This document shows, in pieces, positions 13,626-27,700 of a DNA stretch of 64,000 nt. The stretch lies in the NCBI GenBank assembly GCA_030324005.1, contig JARDVH010000097.1:66970534-67034533 (forward strand), in the 5' to 3' direction. Every line of letters starts with the position of its first letter. The first letter of the stretch is position 1. Source of the stretch: Negaprion brevirostris (lineage: Eukaryota). The notes beneath the pieces are model-generated. The model was not told the origin of the DNA and searched no databases. It saw nothing but the letters and a program-made list of their open reading frames with translations. The translations under genes and the position numbers were made by a program.

Positions 13626-14724
13626 TTGGAGTGCTAATACTTTATCTGAGCATGCAGTATTTATTCCTGTGCTTTGATCCGTGATGGGTGGGAAATGGAT
13701 TGTTCCCATTTTCTCTAGAGTTAGCAGTTGAAGGGTGGGTAATGTTTTTGTATATATTTTCTTCATTGGGCGGGTGTGTGACTACTGGTCAGAATGTTTG
13801 GCTGGCATTATTTAGCTGTGGTTGGCTGAATTGACTTTCAGTTCGTCCTTCAGATAACCTTTCTTTTAATATTTGAAGTAAGCAGCATTGAAGTAGAGTT
13901 TTTATGTTGGTGTGAACATTTAAAAATAACCTTTTTTAAATTTCCACTTGCACGCTCCGAAAGATGTTTGATATACCTTTGATTTGGGTGACCTTGTCCC
14001 CTCTTGCTACAACTTCTTGAATGCAATATTTTTGGAATCTTGCAAACTGTACTATATATGGCTATACATATACGTACAGGAGTAGTCGTGAGGGTGAATA
14101 GCAGAGAAAAAATATATTTTTGAAGCTAACCATTCTGGGTGGTACCGCTATAACGTACTTCATACGTGACTTTTTTCAGTTTTGAATGAAACACCTGCAG
14201 TCCTGCTTTACTCATTGTAATGCAGCAGCCTTCCTTGTCTATCTGTTTTATAGTTCATAACTCTAATCAATGAGATCTTTTGATATTTAAAGTTATGAAT
14301 TTTGAATCTATGAATAATAGGAATAAATTTAAATTGTCTTATTTTTCATTTATCACATTTAAAACAAGCTGTTTACATTTTGATTGGACAGAATTATTAT
14401 CTGTATTGCCTCTAGCAATAGGAAATGTGGATTGTAGCGTTTGTTTAATTTTATATTTATGTAAATGATCTTATGTGTATAAACATGATTTAAGGCAGTG
14501 AAATTACAACTTGGGTATTAAATAGCTTGAGTAAACAGATTCTGGTGATGAACAGAAGCTTTGGCATTTTTAGTCATTATCGGACCATGAGATTTTGTGG
14601 TATAATGCTACAATGTAAACCATATAGCAATATTAAATGGGATTCTCAACATTTTCAATAAAGAAAGGGCCTTTTTAAAAGCTTATTGATGAAGCTCATC
14701 AGTCCAGAGTGCAGATTCCAGATT

Positions 14725-15050
14725 TATAGAAAAATCATAGAAACCCTACAGTGCAGAAGGAGGCCATTCGGCCCATCAAGTCTGCACAGAAACAGTCCCA
14801 CCTAGGCCCTAACCCCATAACCCTCACATATTTACCCCGCCAGTCCCTCCAACCTATGCATCCTGGGACACTAAGGGGCAATTTAGCATGGCCAATGCAC
14901 CTAAGCTGCACATCTTTTGGACTGTGGGAGGAAACCAGAGCATCCGGAGGAAACTCACGCAGACATGGGGAGAACGTCCAAGCTCCAGAATTGAATCCAA
15001 GTCCCTGGAGCTGTGAGGCAGCAATGTTGACTGCTGTGCTACCATGCTGT
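14725..15050 (-). mobile_element. HE1/V-SINE-type SINE
   Basis: Reverse complement of the same head, core and tail as 25189-25448. Confidence 0.85.
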
Positions 15051-15639
15051 CTTGTAGCAACATTCTGTGTGAATACTTGGATTTTTCAATTTTCAAAATA
15101 AAAGTTTCAGGTCCCTACTGAGATCATAACAATGTACCAAAAGCAAAACTAGAGATCTGAAATAAAAACAAGTTCTGGGGGAAAAAATCAGCAGGTTTAG
15201 GATCTGTGGGGAGAAACAAAGTTAACATTTCAAATCAATGATTTTCAGGATTCTAATGAAAGATCCTATCTGACTTGCTGAGTGGTTCTAGAATTTTCTA
15301 TTATTTACATTTCTGTCAGATATTTTAAGTAGAAAACATCCCAGCTATTTCACAAATTTATGCCCCAACATACCATGTACCTGTTTTTTCTCTTTTGTCT
15401 GTGGAATGAACTGATAATTCCTGCAGCAGCTTAGCCTGAGAATGAAAATGATAACTGCAACCCTGTGTCTACTGTGCCGTGTTACTGTGCATTGAATCTT
15501 CAGTCCACATGTCAACAAAAGCATTGTTTCTGTCTCTTAATAGAAATCTTTTTTATGGGTTAACAGTCTTTCATTAAATGTGTAATCTCTTGTTCATTTT
15601 TAATTGGTAGGATTCATTCCACGGTTCTTTAAAGGAACT

Positions 15640-15711
15640 ATGAGCCTTATACTTCATGATCTCTACCTTTGCTGTCGCCAGATTGATAATGACAAAGCTA
15701 CAGAGAGAAAG
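15640..15711 (+). CDS. ATM: ATM first coding exon (human exon 2; exon starts at about 15611)
   Basis: [24 protein letters not shown], donor gtaata. Confidence 0.95.
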
Positions 15712-18700
15712 GTAATAATTTCTAAATAATTTATTTTCTCAGAACTATGGAAGACATTTTGTGGCCAGTGAGTTTAAAAATAAAATTAAAAGCTTGACAG
15801 TGAATTGCACTTCGTGTTGCCTGTTGTTTGAATGTAATTTTTTGTTCCCTTGCCTGGTTTAAAGCGTCTTCTTTGACATTTTTTCTCTTGCACTCACTGT
15901 TTGTTTCTTCTGCTCTCTCCTGCCTTGTATCCTCACAGGAATTAAGAGTCTTAGCACCTGAATGTGTATCTGTTTGTCCTCTGTGATACAAAGGGCTAAT
16001 TATGTGCAGGCTCTCTGCTGCCTGATTTTGTGATTTTAATCCATAGATCGAATGCTTACATTGTAGTTTGTACATTGTCTCTCACCAGGCTTACCGTGGC
16101 TTTAACATCTTGTTTTTTTCTTAGAAAGAAATTGAAAAATTTAAACGTCTTATTCGAACACCAGAAGCTATAGAGCAGTTGGATCGAAATTCTGAATCAA
16201 GACATCCAAAACAATTGAACTGGGATGCAGTTTTTAGGTAAAATTTTCGTATGTCCCTTTGTAAAAAGTACAGTGGATGCCTAATAAAGCATCAGAAGCC
16301 TTCTATTACAGAGCAAGTACTGAACTACAAGATATATTTCCCTACACATAATTTGGGCTCTTGCATGTACGTTGTAGACGTATGAAGATTTGTACCATGC
16401 TGTCAATTTTTTTTGGGATGTATGAAAAATCTGGCTGTGTTTTATCAGATTTTATATTGTACTTTGTAGTATTGATATGACTTCATCAGGATTTCTGTGT
16501 TTCTGGACCAACCACCCAATTCACTCCAAAGGTTATATCAAGTTCTGCTTCAATTAATCAGTAGCATCTTTTAGTCTCCTTCCTCCTTTTTATTTATCAG
16601 CGCTATGAACTATTTTGTCATCTCAAAATATCTTGGCTTTAAATTGGAAAGTCTCCTTTTTTGATACAGTATATTAGAAGTGGACTGTGCCGTTCTTTAA
16701 TAAATATATGCCTCTCCTTCTCTAGTGTGTGTATGTGTGCAAAGGTTCCAGATAATGTGGAGAAATTACTGCACAATAAACACAGTACCATGTAATGGCC
16801 ATTTCCCATTTCATTGTAGAGATTGAAAGCCTGCACTTATTGGATTGTCCCTCATTTCTATAACCATTGATATGATTTTAGTTTCTTAAGATTTGTGGTT
16901 TAGTTGTACAGAATTGCATAGAAATCGCAAAATTAACCAGCCCAATGTGCATGTTGATGATTATCCTTCGAGCAAGTGATAATCCTTGTCTCAAATGTCC
17001 AATCGGTTGCCATTTCTCTTTATCTAACCTAATAGACAGTGTAGCTTCATAAAGTGTAAAGTAATGCTACTTTGATGTTATTCCTACTATGTCCATGTTC
17101 TTTTTAACATCAACAAGTTGCTTGTGTTCTAGGTTTCTTCAAAGATATATCCAGAAAGAAACCGAATGTCTCCAAGCAGCCAACCCCAACGTATCAGCAA
17201 CTACTCAAGCCAACCGACAGAAGAAAATGCAAGAAATCGGCAGTATCATGAAATACTTTATCCGATGGGCCAATAAAAGTGAGTGGGGGAGGCAATGGTG
17301 CACTGGTATTGTCGTTGGACTAGTAATCCAGAGACCCAGGGTTTGAATCCCACCCCAGCAGGTGGTGAAATTTGAATTCAATATAAATCTGGAGTTAAAA
17401 GATGACCATGAAGCCATTGTCATAAAAACCCATCTCGTTCACTGATGTCCTTTAGGGAAGGAAATCTGCCATTCTTACCTAGTTTGGCCTATGTGACTCG
17501 AGACACATGGCAATGTACATAAGAACATAAGAAATAGGAGCAGTAGTNNNNNNNNNNNNNNNNNNNNNNNNNNNNNNNNNNNNNNNNNNNNNNNNNNNNN
17601 NNNNNNNNNNNNNNNNNNNNNNNNNNNNNNNNNNNNNNNNNNNNTCAGCCATGATCTTACTGAATGGCGGGGCAGGCTCGAAGGGCTAGATGGCCTACTC
17701 CTGCTCCTATTTCTTATGTTTATGTTCTTATGTTTGCTTTCATTTAAAAAAGACATAAAATGCTAACCCAGTTCTCCTGTGCTGACTAATCAGAGTGAAG
17801 GACATGGTTGCTTCTGAAACAAGAATTTCTGCATTATACGTTTTTTTTAGCAACTTTTGTTTCAACTTTACACTGTTGTACTTAAAATTGCCAGATCTTT
17901 GAAATGAGCAGGTTTATGGGCTGTAGTTTATTCTGGATTAGGACTATGATCTGGTTTCTAACCTTTCACATGATTTGTTATTCACTAGGGCCCTTTTTTT
18001 AATATTAAACATTGACAGTACTTGGTGTCCATCATACCCACAAATGAAACAATAATGTTATTCATTTAAAATTTATTCAAACTACTATACATCGACATTG
18101 GGCATAATTCTAGGTACAATTTTTGTTGTTGTTGGCTCTGATACCAATAAACAAAAATTATTTTGATAACCATTCCTCTCCTCCTCTTCCTTGTTCTGCT
18201 ACCATATGAATTGCTAAGATTCTAAAAACGCTATGCTACTATTTAAATATGAACCATGGTTTTGAATGTTGAGTGCAGTGGGCATCACATCAGAGCTTGA
18301 TCCTGCTGTTTACAAACATCCACTTTCAGTAAGTGTTGCTGCATAGTGAATAGGCTCATTTATGAGATATGGCATCATTGCAAAGAGCAGCATTTATTAT
18401 CCATTCCTATTTGCCCTTGAGAAGCTAATGATGAGCCACTGCCTTAAACCAGTGCTGTCCATGCGTTATGGACCATAGTGTTGTTAGGAAAGAAGTTCCA
18501 GGATCTTGACCCAGCAAAGGTGAAGGAGTGGTGATATAGTTCCAAGTCAGCTTTGTGTGTGACTGGGAGGGAAATTTGGATGGCAGTGTTCCCATGCATC
18601 TGCTGACTTTGTTCTTCTAGCAAGAGGTTATGGGTTTGTAAAGTACTATCAAATGAACCCTGGTGAGTTTCTGCATTGCAGCTTGCACTTAGTACACACC

Positions 18701-21700
18701 GCTACCACAATGCGCCAGTTGTGGAGAGAGTTGCTGTTTACCATGGGGAGGGCCAAGTTACCAATCAAGGAGGCTGCTTCGTCTTGAATGATATCAACCT
18801 TTCAGAGGGGTTTAGAAGCTTCGCAAACAAGTGGAGCATATTCTAAGGTCCTGTTTGTGTATTTCTTTTTAAACGTTTCCAAGTCAAGAAATTTTTAAAA
18901 CAGGAACTTCTCATCAACTAGGGCATCTTAATCTCGCAAAGCTACAGTCTCGGCTGCTTTATGTATGCTTTATTCTATAAGTTGAGTTGCAAAGTTGGAA
19001 ATAATATTAGTCTTCATTTGGGGCAATGGTCACTTGAAAGCATTATATTCTATTGTTTATTAACAGAACGCAAATGTTTCTATGGAATTTCAAATTTGTG
19101 TACCAATAAAAACAAAATGCTGCATGGTTCAATTTCACCGCCTCTCAGCTGCGGCCTTATTCCTAATATCACCAGAGAAAAATTCTAGTTTGCGGCATGT
19201 GCTTCAGAATCCATTCCTTTGTCATCTTCTGTTGCTTTACTGATAGTCAGTCTTGATGAGAGTCAATGTAGGCCACAATTATTCAATCCAGTTAGCATTC
19301 ATGGGCAATTTGTTATAAGAAATATCAACGTACCTCAGTAAGATTTCACAAATCAATTAAATTAGCACTGTGTCTTCATTTTAAACATGGAATTCTTGCT
19401 TAAATCTTTATCACTACAGTGGCCCGGATCCTGTGCTTCCAATCTAGGCAAATGCTGGGATGTTTGCCTTCATTGAGGGCTGCAGTGGAACTGCAATTTC
19501 TAGGGAACTGACTGACACTGGAACCCAGTTCATCAGAAGTGGACCTGGGAGAGCCTGTGCTGGAATCTGTCGGCATGTAAACTTGAACTTATTTCCCAGT
19601 ATCTGGACAATTATTTTGTTACAGTCACCTCCCAGGTGAGGCTCCCTAAAAGTCATTGAAAATTTAATACTCAAGTTGTAAAAATTGTTACAAACCCAGA
19701 TGAAGAAGCATGTACTGGCTCAGTGTCAATTCAACCCCCCCTTTCCCTTGGGTACCTTTTTCCAGATATCATAGTTACAATAAAAAAAAGTTAATTTAAC
19801 CGGCTTTCCTGAGTTAAAGACAGTGAGTTTAAATGACTGAAAAGGTAAGGACAAAATTGGTAAAACACATGCATGTACATTCATACAGATTAGAAGTGAG
19901 AATGGAGTCCAATAGTAAGTAAATATTTTAAAAATGTATACAGAACAGTCCTTGACTCTCGGGGGTTGATGAAGTGTCGGAGTGTTAGGATGTCATTCTA
20001 GTAGGATTGACTTCTGCAGGCGTATAATTGATTTTTCAATTTCCGTGATTTGTAGTTTCATAAAGAAATTCTGCTTTTTTTTTCCAGCTGTGATCCTTTT
20101 GCTGCTAGGCTGACTTCCACAGTCAGAGGGATTTGAGATATACCAGCAAAAGAATGACCATTTTGTCAGGGCACTGCTGGCTGTTTCTGTTACTATATTA
20201 CACCTTCAGTGAGAAAAAGTATACAGTGCTTATCCTTGCAGATCACACAAAGACAGACGTTGGGACGGCTCTTTCAGCTAACTTTGAACCCCTTCTTTGT
20301 ATGTTCTAAGAGGAAAATGGAATCCACAATTCCATCTAGATATTACACTCAGGATTCTTTGAGATGAGATGGCTATTATGTCCCTTTGTCTTTATCGGAG
20401 ATGGTAGTCAGTCTCTGGAAGCTTTTAGAAGTACCTTGTCTGGAAACAGAAGGTCGGGGGGGGGTGCCCATTGTCCCTTAGAGAAACACCATGCAGCAAT
20501 TCCTGTCAATAGCTAACTAGACATTCTCAGCCAATGAGTGCTCACTTGCTTATTATTGTTTCATTGATAATATTGTTTTGTTTAGGGGGACCACGTCTGA
20601 AATGTCAGGATCTACTGAAGCACATCATGGATACTCTACAGAATAGATTTAGCTGTGCAGCCTATGGAACTGACTACAGCAGCATTCTGCTGAAGGATAT
20701 TCTCTCGGTTAGGAAGTACTGGTGTGACATTTCCCAACAACAGTGGTCAGGTAGTTTTATTTGTACTAAATGTTTACAATAATTGGATGTTTTTCAATGA
20801 CATATGAAAGTGCTTTTGTAGAGGTATGTGGTGCGAAATCCATAGTCACGTTGAAGAGTATTTTTTTTATGTTCAGCAAAACTAGCACTGAGCTTCTCTT
20901 ATTCCAGGTGACTGGCATGAAAACTCCCAGGTCTGGTGAAGCTCAGCTAGGTGAACCTTCTACCCTGTTCTAACAATGTGCCTCTTTCTCATTCTCAAGT
21001 GTGATTCATTCTTTTCCAATTTCTCAAGTAGTCTACTCATGGCCTCTGAGTCAAATTCCCAAGTAGTATCAGATTTGTGCTTAGAGATGTACATTCACAG
21101 GTAGTTAAGGTGGTCAAGAAGGCATACAGCATACTTGCCTTCATCAGCTGGGCCATTGAGTTATATTACAGCTGTATAAAAACTTTAGTTAGGCCACATT
21201 TTGAATATTGAGTGCAGTTCTGGTCACCACACTACCAGAAGGAGGTGGATACATTGGAGAAGCTGCACAGAAGGTTTAACAGGTTGTTGCCTGGTCCCAA
21301 GGGTTTTAGGTATGCAGAGAGGTTGGATAAAATTGCATTGTTTTCACTGGAAAGACAGAGGCGACCTGACAGTCTACAAAATTATGAGATACATAGAAAC
21401 GGGTGGATAGTTAAATGCCTTTTCCCAGGATGGAAAGGTCAACTACAAGAGGACACAGGTTTAAGGTGAGAGGGTATAAGTTTAGTGGAGATGTGCAGGG
21501 AAAGTTTTTCACACAGAGGGTAATGAGTGCCTGGAACGCAGTGCCAGTAAAGGTAGCAACACTCAAGGCATATCTTGATAGACACATGAATGGGAGTCAA
21601 ACAGAGGGATAGAAACCGCATATTGGTGCAGCTTGGTGGGTCGAAGGGCATGTTCCTTTGCTGTATTGTTCTTTGTAACTGGATTTCGCTACTGGACCCA

Positions 21701-24700
21701 GATAGAAGAGACTTTTCTCTTGTCAGGATTGGATTTGAAACTACACTGAGGAGGTGAAAAGGCTAATGTTGAATGTACTATATCACACAGTTTCCTAATT
21801 TTAATATTGGTGCAATAATCTATTTAGCAGTGGTTATGTGTCATGTTTGAATGTGAACCCAGGTTAGGACATTCATTGCATTGAATTAGAACATAAGAAC
21901 ATAAGAAATAGGAGCAGGAGTAGGCCATCCAGCCCTTCGAGCCTGCCCCGCCATTCAATAANNNNNNNNNNNNNNNNNNNNNNNNNNNNNNNNNNNNNNN
22001 NNNNNNNNNNNNNNNNNNNNNNNNNNNNNNNNNNNNNNNNNNNNNNNNNNNNNNNNNNNNNAGCTGCGGCCTCACCAATGCCCTATACAGCTGCAGCAAG
22101 ACCTCCCTACTTTTATATTCAATCCCCCTCGCTATGTTACCCTGTTACTGATTGGTGAGATATTTGTTTATCATCTCAGACGTCTAAGGAATAGAGTGTA
22201 ACAGAGTTTCCATGGGTTATGTTTCATTTTTATAGATATGTTATTAGCCAGGTTTATTTCTTTAGAATACTAATTATTCTAAAAATTAGCTAGTGTCAAA
22301 TCTCCACCTATGCCCAGTGGAATGAATCATTTTTCCAGAGCATCGGAGCAGAGGAGAATAGCCTGGAGACTTGAAAGTATTTGAAACTTCCTCATGGAAG
22401 TTTTTATCATCTTTTTTAAAGAACTATAGTTTTGAATCATGGTTGGAACCAAATCTGCCATTCTGCAGGTTTAAAATGTTTGAAGTAATTAGTGGCTGAT
22501 GAACTGTCTCCATCTGGCTTTCAGATTTAACAAGCTTGTACTTCAAGATGTGCCTGAAACCATCTAATGATACGAACCGGGTTCTTGTGGCCAGAATAAT
22601 TCACACACTTATCAAAGGCTGCTGTTTCCAGTCTGAAGGACTGACCTCCAAACTGTTTGAGTTCTTTGCAAAAGCAATGCTGAATGCAAGGTAGAGGACT
22701 TTTGCGTATAAATTTCTTTAGTTATGTGTTTAATTGGTAAATCATAATTACCAGCAAAGTCTATTAATCTTATAGATAATGCTATGATTAGAATATTTTC
22801 TAGTAAACATGGAATATAAGAATGAAACAAAATCCATACAATGCAGGACATAAAGTGCGGAGCATACGGTTGCTGTTACTTTGTGCCAAGATTGTGTCCC
22901 TTGCTTTGTTACTGTGTTCCCATAAATCATTTGAAATGCTGTCTAATTTTCTTTTCCCCAACCTTCATGTTTTTCCTCACTAAGTTACTAGGGCTGTATT
23001 TTCCCATCTGGACGGGGGGAGGGGGGGGCGGTGGTTGATACATTGGGTAGGCACAAAGAGAGGTGGGTGGGTCCCGCATCTGAAATTCCGACACACATTT
23101 CAGACATAGCCACTTCCACCGGGACAAGGGATGGGTTGCGATATAAAGCTTGTCAGGCACACCATAATGGAGGCTGCTGAAGCTGTCATTCAGCATTTTA
23201 TGGAGTTGTTGCGAATTTGGAAGCATGAACAATGCCAACTCAGTGCAGTCAGGAACACAAAGGAGGCCCCTCGGCAGGAAGTTTTGAAAACGTTAGCAAG
23301 TAAGGAAACATTGACTGTATCTTCACCAGAAAGACTTCAAGGAAAGTCCTGGGGAGGGCGCAGGAACTCATACAGCAGAATTCTGTCCATTCGGCCACGT
23401 TAGAATAATCTATACTCTGAGAAAGGAAGTCTGCCAATGGACATGAATGAATCTCCCTCACATCTGAAAGCCATTCAGACGGAGCAACTGTAACAGCAGC
23501 CTTGCATGCTATGAAGGAGGGTCCCCAGGGAGCAAGAGTCACAACCTCAGCAGCCAGCACAGAGGAGGAGAAAGAACAAGAATTTAACCTGAGCAATATG
23601 TGTACCATGTCAGGCTCACCTATCTGGAGATGTTGGAGGGCCAGTTCAGGAGGAGACTTTGGCTGTCCAGGGAGATGGTGATTGCTCTCTGTGTCTTCCT
23701 GAATGATGACTTGGCCCGTAGAACCATCCATTGACAGGCCCTGCCAGTAGTAGCACTGAAAGTGACAATGGCCCACAACCTCTTTGCATCAGGTTTCCTT
23801 CAGGGTTCTGCTGCTGGTTACTGTGGGATATTTCAGTTGACTGCTTATCACAAATACATGCCACCACGAGGACCTCCTTTGCAATAGTGGCTGACTTCTT
23901 CAGCTTCCTAACAGATGCAGACAATTGTTACTGGTTTTGTATTTAAACCCTGTTTTCTACAGGTCCAGGGTGTGGTGGACTGTACCCATATGTCATGAAG
24001 GGACCCATAGAGGATCTAGATTGATCAACAGGCAGGATTGCCATTTTGGAACCATGCAGTTGATGTACGACCACTGGATGATCTTCCTATACATCTGTGC
24101 AAGCTTGTCACAAAACCACCACAATGCATTTATATCCCACAGGTCAAGGCTGCTTTAGCTCTTCTAATCTCCCCTTCCCTGAAAAGAGGACGGGTTCTGG
24201 GCAACAAAGTGATTCAATCTCCACTGATGAATTTTCAAACAGAACAATGGTGGTGTATTCCTTATTTGTGCACAGGATTGACACTGTCCCACTTTTTCTT
24301 CAATCTGAGCATCCAGACCCGTCCACCAAAAATAACTATGTGCTAATTCCTTCATCTGGACAATATCAGGATGTCCTTCATGTAGTTGTTCAAGGACTCT
24401 TCCATGCAGATGAGGAATGATCACTCCCACAATAAATACCCACCTTGGACTATCAGCTTGAGCTTTCTTGACACAAATGATTTCAAATCCAAGATGTGTG
24501 TGATGCATTCCGGCTATCATTCCTTTCAATACCATATCCGTTATGGGATCATTTCTGATATGACTCCGTACTTGAAGCTGTCACAGGCAAATGATCTACT
24601 GGCAAAAAGTAAAGCATATCAGCAAAACTAGTTGGTGACACCTGAATAGGTAAATGTAAGTGTGATGATTGGATCAGCATTAGCATGGCACGCTGACAAT

Positions 24701-27700
24701 ATTTTATATCGGAGATCTGCGCAGATAAGATCAGTGACCATCTTTGCAATCGGCTAGCATTTAATAATGGCATATCTTTATACAGCTCAAAAATAGTAAA
24801 GGGCCAGTGAGCAGTTAATAATGTGAAATGACAATCATGTAAATAATGATGAATATTAGGTGCTTTATGTAAGCCTTTACAGTCAATAAGATGACTTGAG
24901 TACTGGACTGACATCTGGAAAAAGTCACACTTTTCTTTCTTGATACACAGGCCATGTGCTTGATGACGTTCCAATTTTTCTTCTAAATTATTCAAGTTCT
25001 CCTGTTCACTGACTGTAATTAGAATATCATCCAGATAACATTGTTGACCAGAGAGTCCACTTAAAATCTGATCCATCATCTTTGGAATATGGCTGGTATG
25101 AATTTTATTCCAAAAGGCAATCTTTAATGATGAAAAAGACTTACGAGTAACAATGGTAATTGGTGGTTGAGATTCAGCTGCTACATTCGAGTTTGCACAT
25201 TCTCCTCGTGTCTGTGTGGGTTTCCTCCGGATACTCCGGTTTCCTCCCACAGTCCAAAGATGTGTGAGTTAGGTTGATTGGCTATGCTAAGAAATTACCC
25301 CTTAGTGTCCAGGGATGCGTAGGTTAGAGGGATTAGTGGGTATAATATGTAGGGATATGGGGGTAGGGCCTGGGTGGGATTGTGTTCGGTGCAGACTCGA
25401 TGGGCCGAAGGGCCTCTTTCTGCATTGTAGGGTTCTATGATTCTATGATTCATTTGTGAAAGATCAATCTTGTTGAATTTCTGCCCAGCTGATAAAACAG
25501 CAAATGAATCTTCAATTAGAGGAAGCGGATAATGATCAGCACACAACATTGGATTTATGGTTGCTTTAAAATCACCACAACTACAAACTGAGCTTTCTGG
25601 TTTCATGAAGAATACGATGGGAGCGGAGGGGGGAGGAGGGTAGCCCAGTCACTCATTGTAACCTGCTCTAATACACCAGTGTTAACAAGTCATACTTATT
25701 CTTCTTCGACCTTGGAACGAATTGCATATGGCATTGCTCTTGCTTTAAGACTTTCTGGTTCACCATTAGGCTTTATCTTGCGTTCTACTTGAACTCCCTT
25801 CATTGAGCCAAGTGTTCCTTTGAATAGACTCTTGTATTTATCCAGAAGATGCCATATGTCTGTTTTGGCATCAACCAATCTGTTGACCGCACTCAAGTAA
25901 AGCTTTATATTCTCCAACCATGATCTCCCAATAGAGCTGGAAAATGACCACGGACCACATAGAGAGACAGCTGAGCTGTTTTTACACTAATCTCTGTGTA
26001 GACCATGACATAACCTTTTAACAGCATGATCTCTTCCAGCATGTCAGTTGGTTTTAAAGGAAGATGTTTCAACTTTTGGTATGTAGTCTCAGGAATTAAA
26101 GATACAGCAGCACCAGACTCAACCTCCATTCTAATAGGTTGTCCGCTTAATTTCGGAATCACCCAGAATCTATGTGATTCACCTTATATGAATTAGAAGT
26201 TCAGTTGGAGCTCTTCATCATTTCTCTAGACATTCTCTTCACAGTCGTAACTTGTTCTCTTTCTGAAAGGTACTCAAATTCAATTTTGGAATATTCTTTG
26301 CTGAATAGCCCATTTTGGCACATCTGTGACATACTTGTTGCTGTGTGCAGTTCCCAACTTGTGGATCTTCAATCCTGCATTGCGAAACCTCTTAAGCAAC
26401 CAGTTCCGTTGACACACTGATTTCTCCTGCTGTCTTTAATGTAAAAGCATGTTCAGTAAGCAATCTTATTTGGATAATCTCATTTTGGGGACAACAAATC
26501 AGATAATTGTGAAGATAATCTTCTGATGACTCTCTCAACTCTCACTGTTGTGCCAGCCTTTTTAAGGTTGCCACAAACTGAACAATGCTTTTGTCTTTCA
26601 CTCCATTCCTTTGTTGGAACCTGAGCCATTCTACCATCATCAGTGGTTTTGGAGAGTAATGCTCTTCAACAATCCTTGTCAAGTCATCATGAGTTTCACT
26701 TCATGGCTTTGTTGGATACACCAGTTCTGGGGCAAATTGAAGGTGTTACATCCTATTGTACTGAGAAAAGCTGGTACAGGCAACTTGCTTTCAATTTTAT
26801 TTGCTTGTACGGAATACTGAAAGCGCTCAGCGTAGGAACTCCATGATTCTTCATTGAAGGGACCCATGGATCTTAATTGACCCGCCGCCATTTCCCTTCT
26901 GCAGGGAGTAGCAATTCGAGACTACGCAATATGTATATTTTTTACTGTCTTCCAAGTACTCATCTTTTACCCTGGAAACTGTTGATATTTTTAATTTTTT
27001 TTTCAAATGATCCAAGCCACACAACAAAGCATTCTTTCTTTTCAAATATGCCAGATACTGCCTGGATTTACACCCTTCTCTGATCAGACAAAACCCTTAT
27101 TTTAAAATCACACAGAGCTTTTTTCTTTCTTCATCTTCCTGCACTGGCACTTTAATCTTGAATCCTGTTGTCAGTTTTCCCCAGCCTTCTAATATCCAAA
27201 GTTTTTTTATTTTCTCAACTTAAGTCTTCTCAATGGAACAAAATTCCAACTCATTTCAAAAAGAATATTGGCAATGTCCTAACTATGTTAGAGGTTGTGG
27301 GTTTTAAACAAAAAGAAAAAAACGTGGTTTGCACAAGATTCAAATTGACAACAAATTTATTCTAGGAGCTGCTGTCTGTACTGAGTACAAAGTGAAACCA
27401 AAAGCAGGAACCTGTAAAACACCCTACTGACATTACCTCAAATTATGTGATCAGCTCTTAAAGCAATCATGCAGCCTCTTAAATATGTAACACTGGTATG
27501 ATTCACTGTAGTGTCAATCAGCCAAAATCATTAGCCATTTCCATAAAGATTTTTTCAATGACTGAACGTGAAGGTAGCTTTAAGAATGTTTAATTGTTTT
27601 CATTCATATTTCTAATGCAGACAGGAAAATGTCTTTGCTGTCATTGAACACATCATGTCAGCTCTGAATGTCTTTCTCAACACGTGTATAATGAATTGTC

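Noticed and set aside
13451-13684. Acidic/basic ORFs (EEEEES, RRRRR)
   Set aside because: Products of a GA-rich low-complexity tract with no splice or homology support.
24164-26891. Domesticated or active Gypsy gene
   Set aside because: Many stops, frameshifts, deletions and a SINE insertion; the protease and RT motifs are degraded.
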